From contig CATNEN010000003.1 of NCBI GenBank assembly GCA_950097015.1, forward strand, positions 15,066,001-15,130,000: a DNA stretch of 64,000 nucleotides, in the 5' to 3' direction. How positions within the stretch are numbered: the first letter of the stretch is position 1; each line of letters starts with the position of its first letter. The DNA is from Macrostomum hystrix. Taxonomy: Eukaryota > Animalia > Platyhelminthes. The notes below the pieces were generated by a model. The model did not search any database, had not been told where the DNA came from, and saw only the letters and a list, made by a program, of their open reading frames with translations. Position numbers and translations under genes: made by a program. Shown here in pieces: positions 61,880 to 64,000 of this stretch.

Positions 61880-63830
61880 GTGTCTCGAATGTCACTCTAG
61901 TGTCTCTAATGTCACTCTGGTGTCTCTAATGTCACTCTGGTGTCTCTAATGTCACTCTAGTGTCTCGAATGTCACTCTAGTGTCTCTAATGTCACTCTGG
62001 TGTCTCTAATGTCACTCTAGTGTCTCGAATGTCACTCTAGTGTCTCTAATGTCACTCTGGTGTCTCTAATGTCACTCTAGTGTCTCGAATGTCACTCTAG
62101 TGTCTCTAATGTCACTCTAGTGTCTCTAATGTCACTCTAGTGACTCTATTGTCACTCTGGTGTCTCTAATGTCACTCTAGTGTCTCTAATGTCACTCTAG
62201 TGTCTCTAATGTCACTCTGGTGTCTCTAATGCCACTCTAGTGTCTCTAATGTCACTCTAGTGTCTCTAATGCCACTCTAGTGTCTCTAATGCCACTCTAG
62301 TGTCTCTAATGCCACTCTAGTGTCTCTAATGTCACTCTGGTGTCTCTAATGCCACTCTAGTGTCTCGAATGTCACTCTAGTGTCTCTAATGTCACTCTAG
62401 TGTCTCTAATGTCACTCTAGTGTCTCTAATGCCACTCTAGTGTCTCTAATGCCACTCTAGTGTCTCTAATGCCACTCTAGTGTCTCTAATGCCACTCTAG
62501 TGTCTCTAATGCCACTCTAGTGTCTCTAATGTCACTCTGGTGTCTCTAATGTCACTCTAGTGTCTCTAATGCCACTCTAGTGTCTCTAATGCCACTCTAG
62601 TGTCTCTAATGTCACTCTGGTGTCTCTAATGCCACTCTAGTGTCTCGAATGTCACTCTAGTGTCTCTAATGTCACTCTAGTGTCTCTAATGTCACTCTAG
62701 TGTCTCTAATGCCACTCTAGTGTCTCTAATGCCACTCTAGTGTCTCTAATGCCACTCTAGTGTCTCTAATGCCACTCTAGTGTCTCTAATGTCACTCTGG
62801 TGTCTCTAATGCCACTCTAGTGTCTCTAATGTCACTCTGGTGTCTCTAATGTCACTCTAGTGTCTCTAATGTCACTCTGGTGTCTCTAATGTCACTCTAG
62901 TGTCTCGAATGTCACTCTAGTGTCTCTAATGTCACTCTGGTGTCTCTAATGTCACTCTAGTGTCTCGAATGTCACTCTAGTGTCTCTAATGTCACTCTGG
63001 TGTCTCTAATGTCACTCTAGTGTCTCGAATGTCACTCTAGTGTCTCTAATGTCACTCTAGTGTCTCTAATGTCACTCTAGTGACTCTATTGTCACTCTGG
63101 TGTCTCTAATGTCACTCTAGTGTCTCTAATGTCACTCTAGTGTCTCTAATGTCACTCTGGTGTCTCTAATGCCACTCTAGTGTCTCTAATGTCACTCTAG
63201 TGTCTCTAATGCCACTCTAGTGTCTCTAATGCCACTCTAGTGTCTCTAATGCCACTCTAGTGTCTCTAATGTCACTCTGGTGTCTCTAATGCCACTCTAG
63301 TGTCTCGAATGTCACTCTAGTGTCTCTAATGTCACTCTAGTGTCTCTAATGTCACTCTAGTGTCTCTAATGCCACTCTAGTGTCTCTAATGCCACTCTAG
63401 TGTCTCTAATGCCACTCTAGTGTCTCTAATGCCACTCTAGTGTCTCTAATGCCACTCTAGTGTCTCTAATGCCACTCTAGTGTCTCTAATGTCACTCTGG
63501 TGTCTCTAATGCCACTCTAGTGTCTCGAATGTCACTCTAGTGTCTCTAATGTCACTCTAGTGTCTCTAATGTCACTCTAGTGTCTCTAATGCCACTCTAG
63601 TGTCTCTAATGCCACTCTAGTGTCTCTAATGCCACTCTAGTGTCTCTAATGCCACTCTAGTGTCTCTAATGTCACTCTGGTGTCTCTAATGCCACTCTAG
63701 TGTCTCTAATGTCACTCTGGTGTCTCTAATGTCACTCTAGTGTCTCTAATGTCACTCTGGTGTCTCTAATGTCACTCTAGTGTCCCCAATGTCCCTCTGG
63801 TGTCTTTAATGTCATTCTAGTATCTTAACT
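61880..63830. repeat. 20-bp minisatellite (GTCACTCTRGTGTCTCTAAT) with a 940-bp higher-order duplication
   Basis: The rare variant TGACTCTATT recurs at 62141 and 63081. Confidence 0.97.
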
Positions 63831-64000
63831 GTCACTTCATTGCCCTTCGTGTCACTCCGATTCCTTTTCGGTCATTATTCACGATACAGTTTTTCGCCTA
63901 ACCAATGAGATGCGAGGATCGGGTAAGAGAATTTCAATTTGGGGACTGGTTAGCAGGTGTACATTAGTCGCTAATTTTTCATACCCTCGCATAAGGGTGT

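Overview
This is eukaryotic animal genomic DNA: AT-rich introns, GT-AG spliced genes, polyQ-rich exons and about 30 distinct mini/microsatellite arrays. The overall style suggests a flatworm such as Macrostomum, but that is inference only. I reconstructed the genes by hand from splice sites and intron phases. (1) The 5' part of a cGMP-dependent protein kinase I gene (PRKG1/foraging-like, minus strand) has two alternative N-terminal leucine-zipper exons, alpha-like at 16576-16874 and beta-like at 9593-9906. Both splice in phase 2 onto common cGMP-binding exons at 8148-8314 and 7613-7729. I found no further exon in 1-7612, so the gene presumably continues left of the window. (2) A decayed Ty3/Gypsy pol fragment (RT-RNaseH-IN) lies at about 30.7-32.7 kb. 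(3) An intronless, highly divergent TRP(V)-like channel ORF lies at 35948-37810. (4) A two-exon MS4A/CD20-like 4-TM gene lies at 39127-41134. (5) Most of a Delphilin/GRID2IP formin gene (minus strand, 45587-61841; HHD-PDZ-HHD-HHD-FH1-FH2) is present, with its 5' end right of the window. It includes a candidate 12-nt microexon and a candidate extra or mutually exclusive exon inside FH2. Also present are three tRNA-derived SINE families, a MITE-like element with 146-bp TIRs, a foldback-like inverted minisatellite pair, and possible recursive splice sites upstream of PKG. Most long ORFs in the supplied track are artefacts of tandem repeats. There is no CRISPR array or prokaryotic system.
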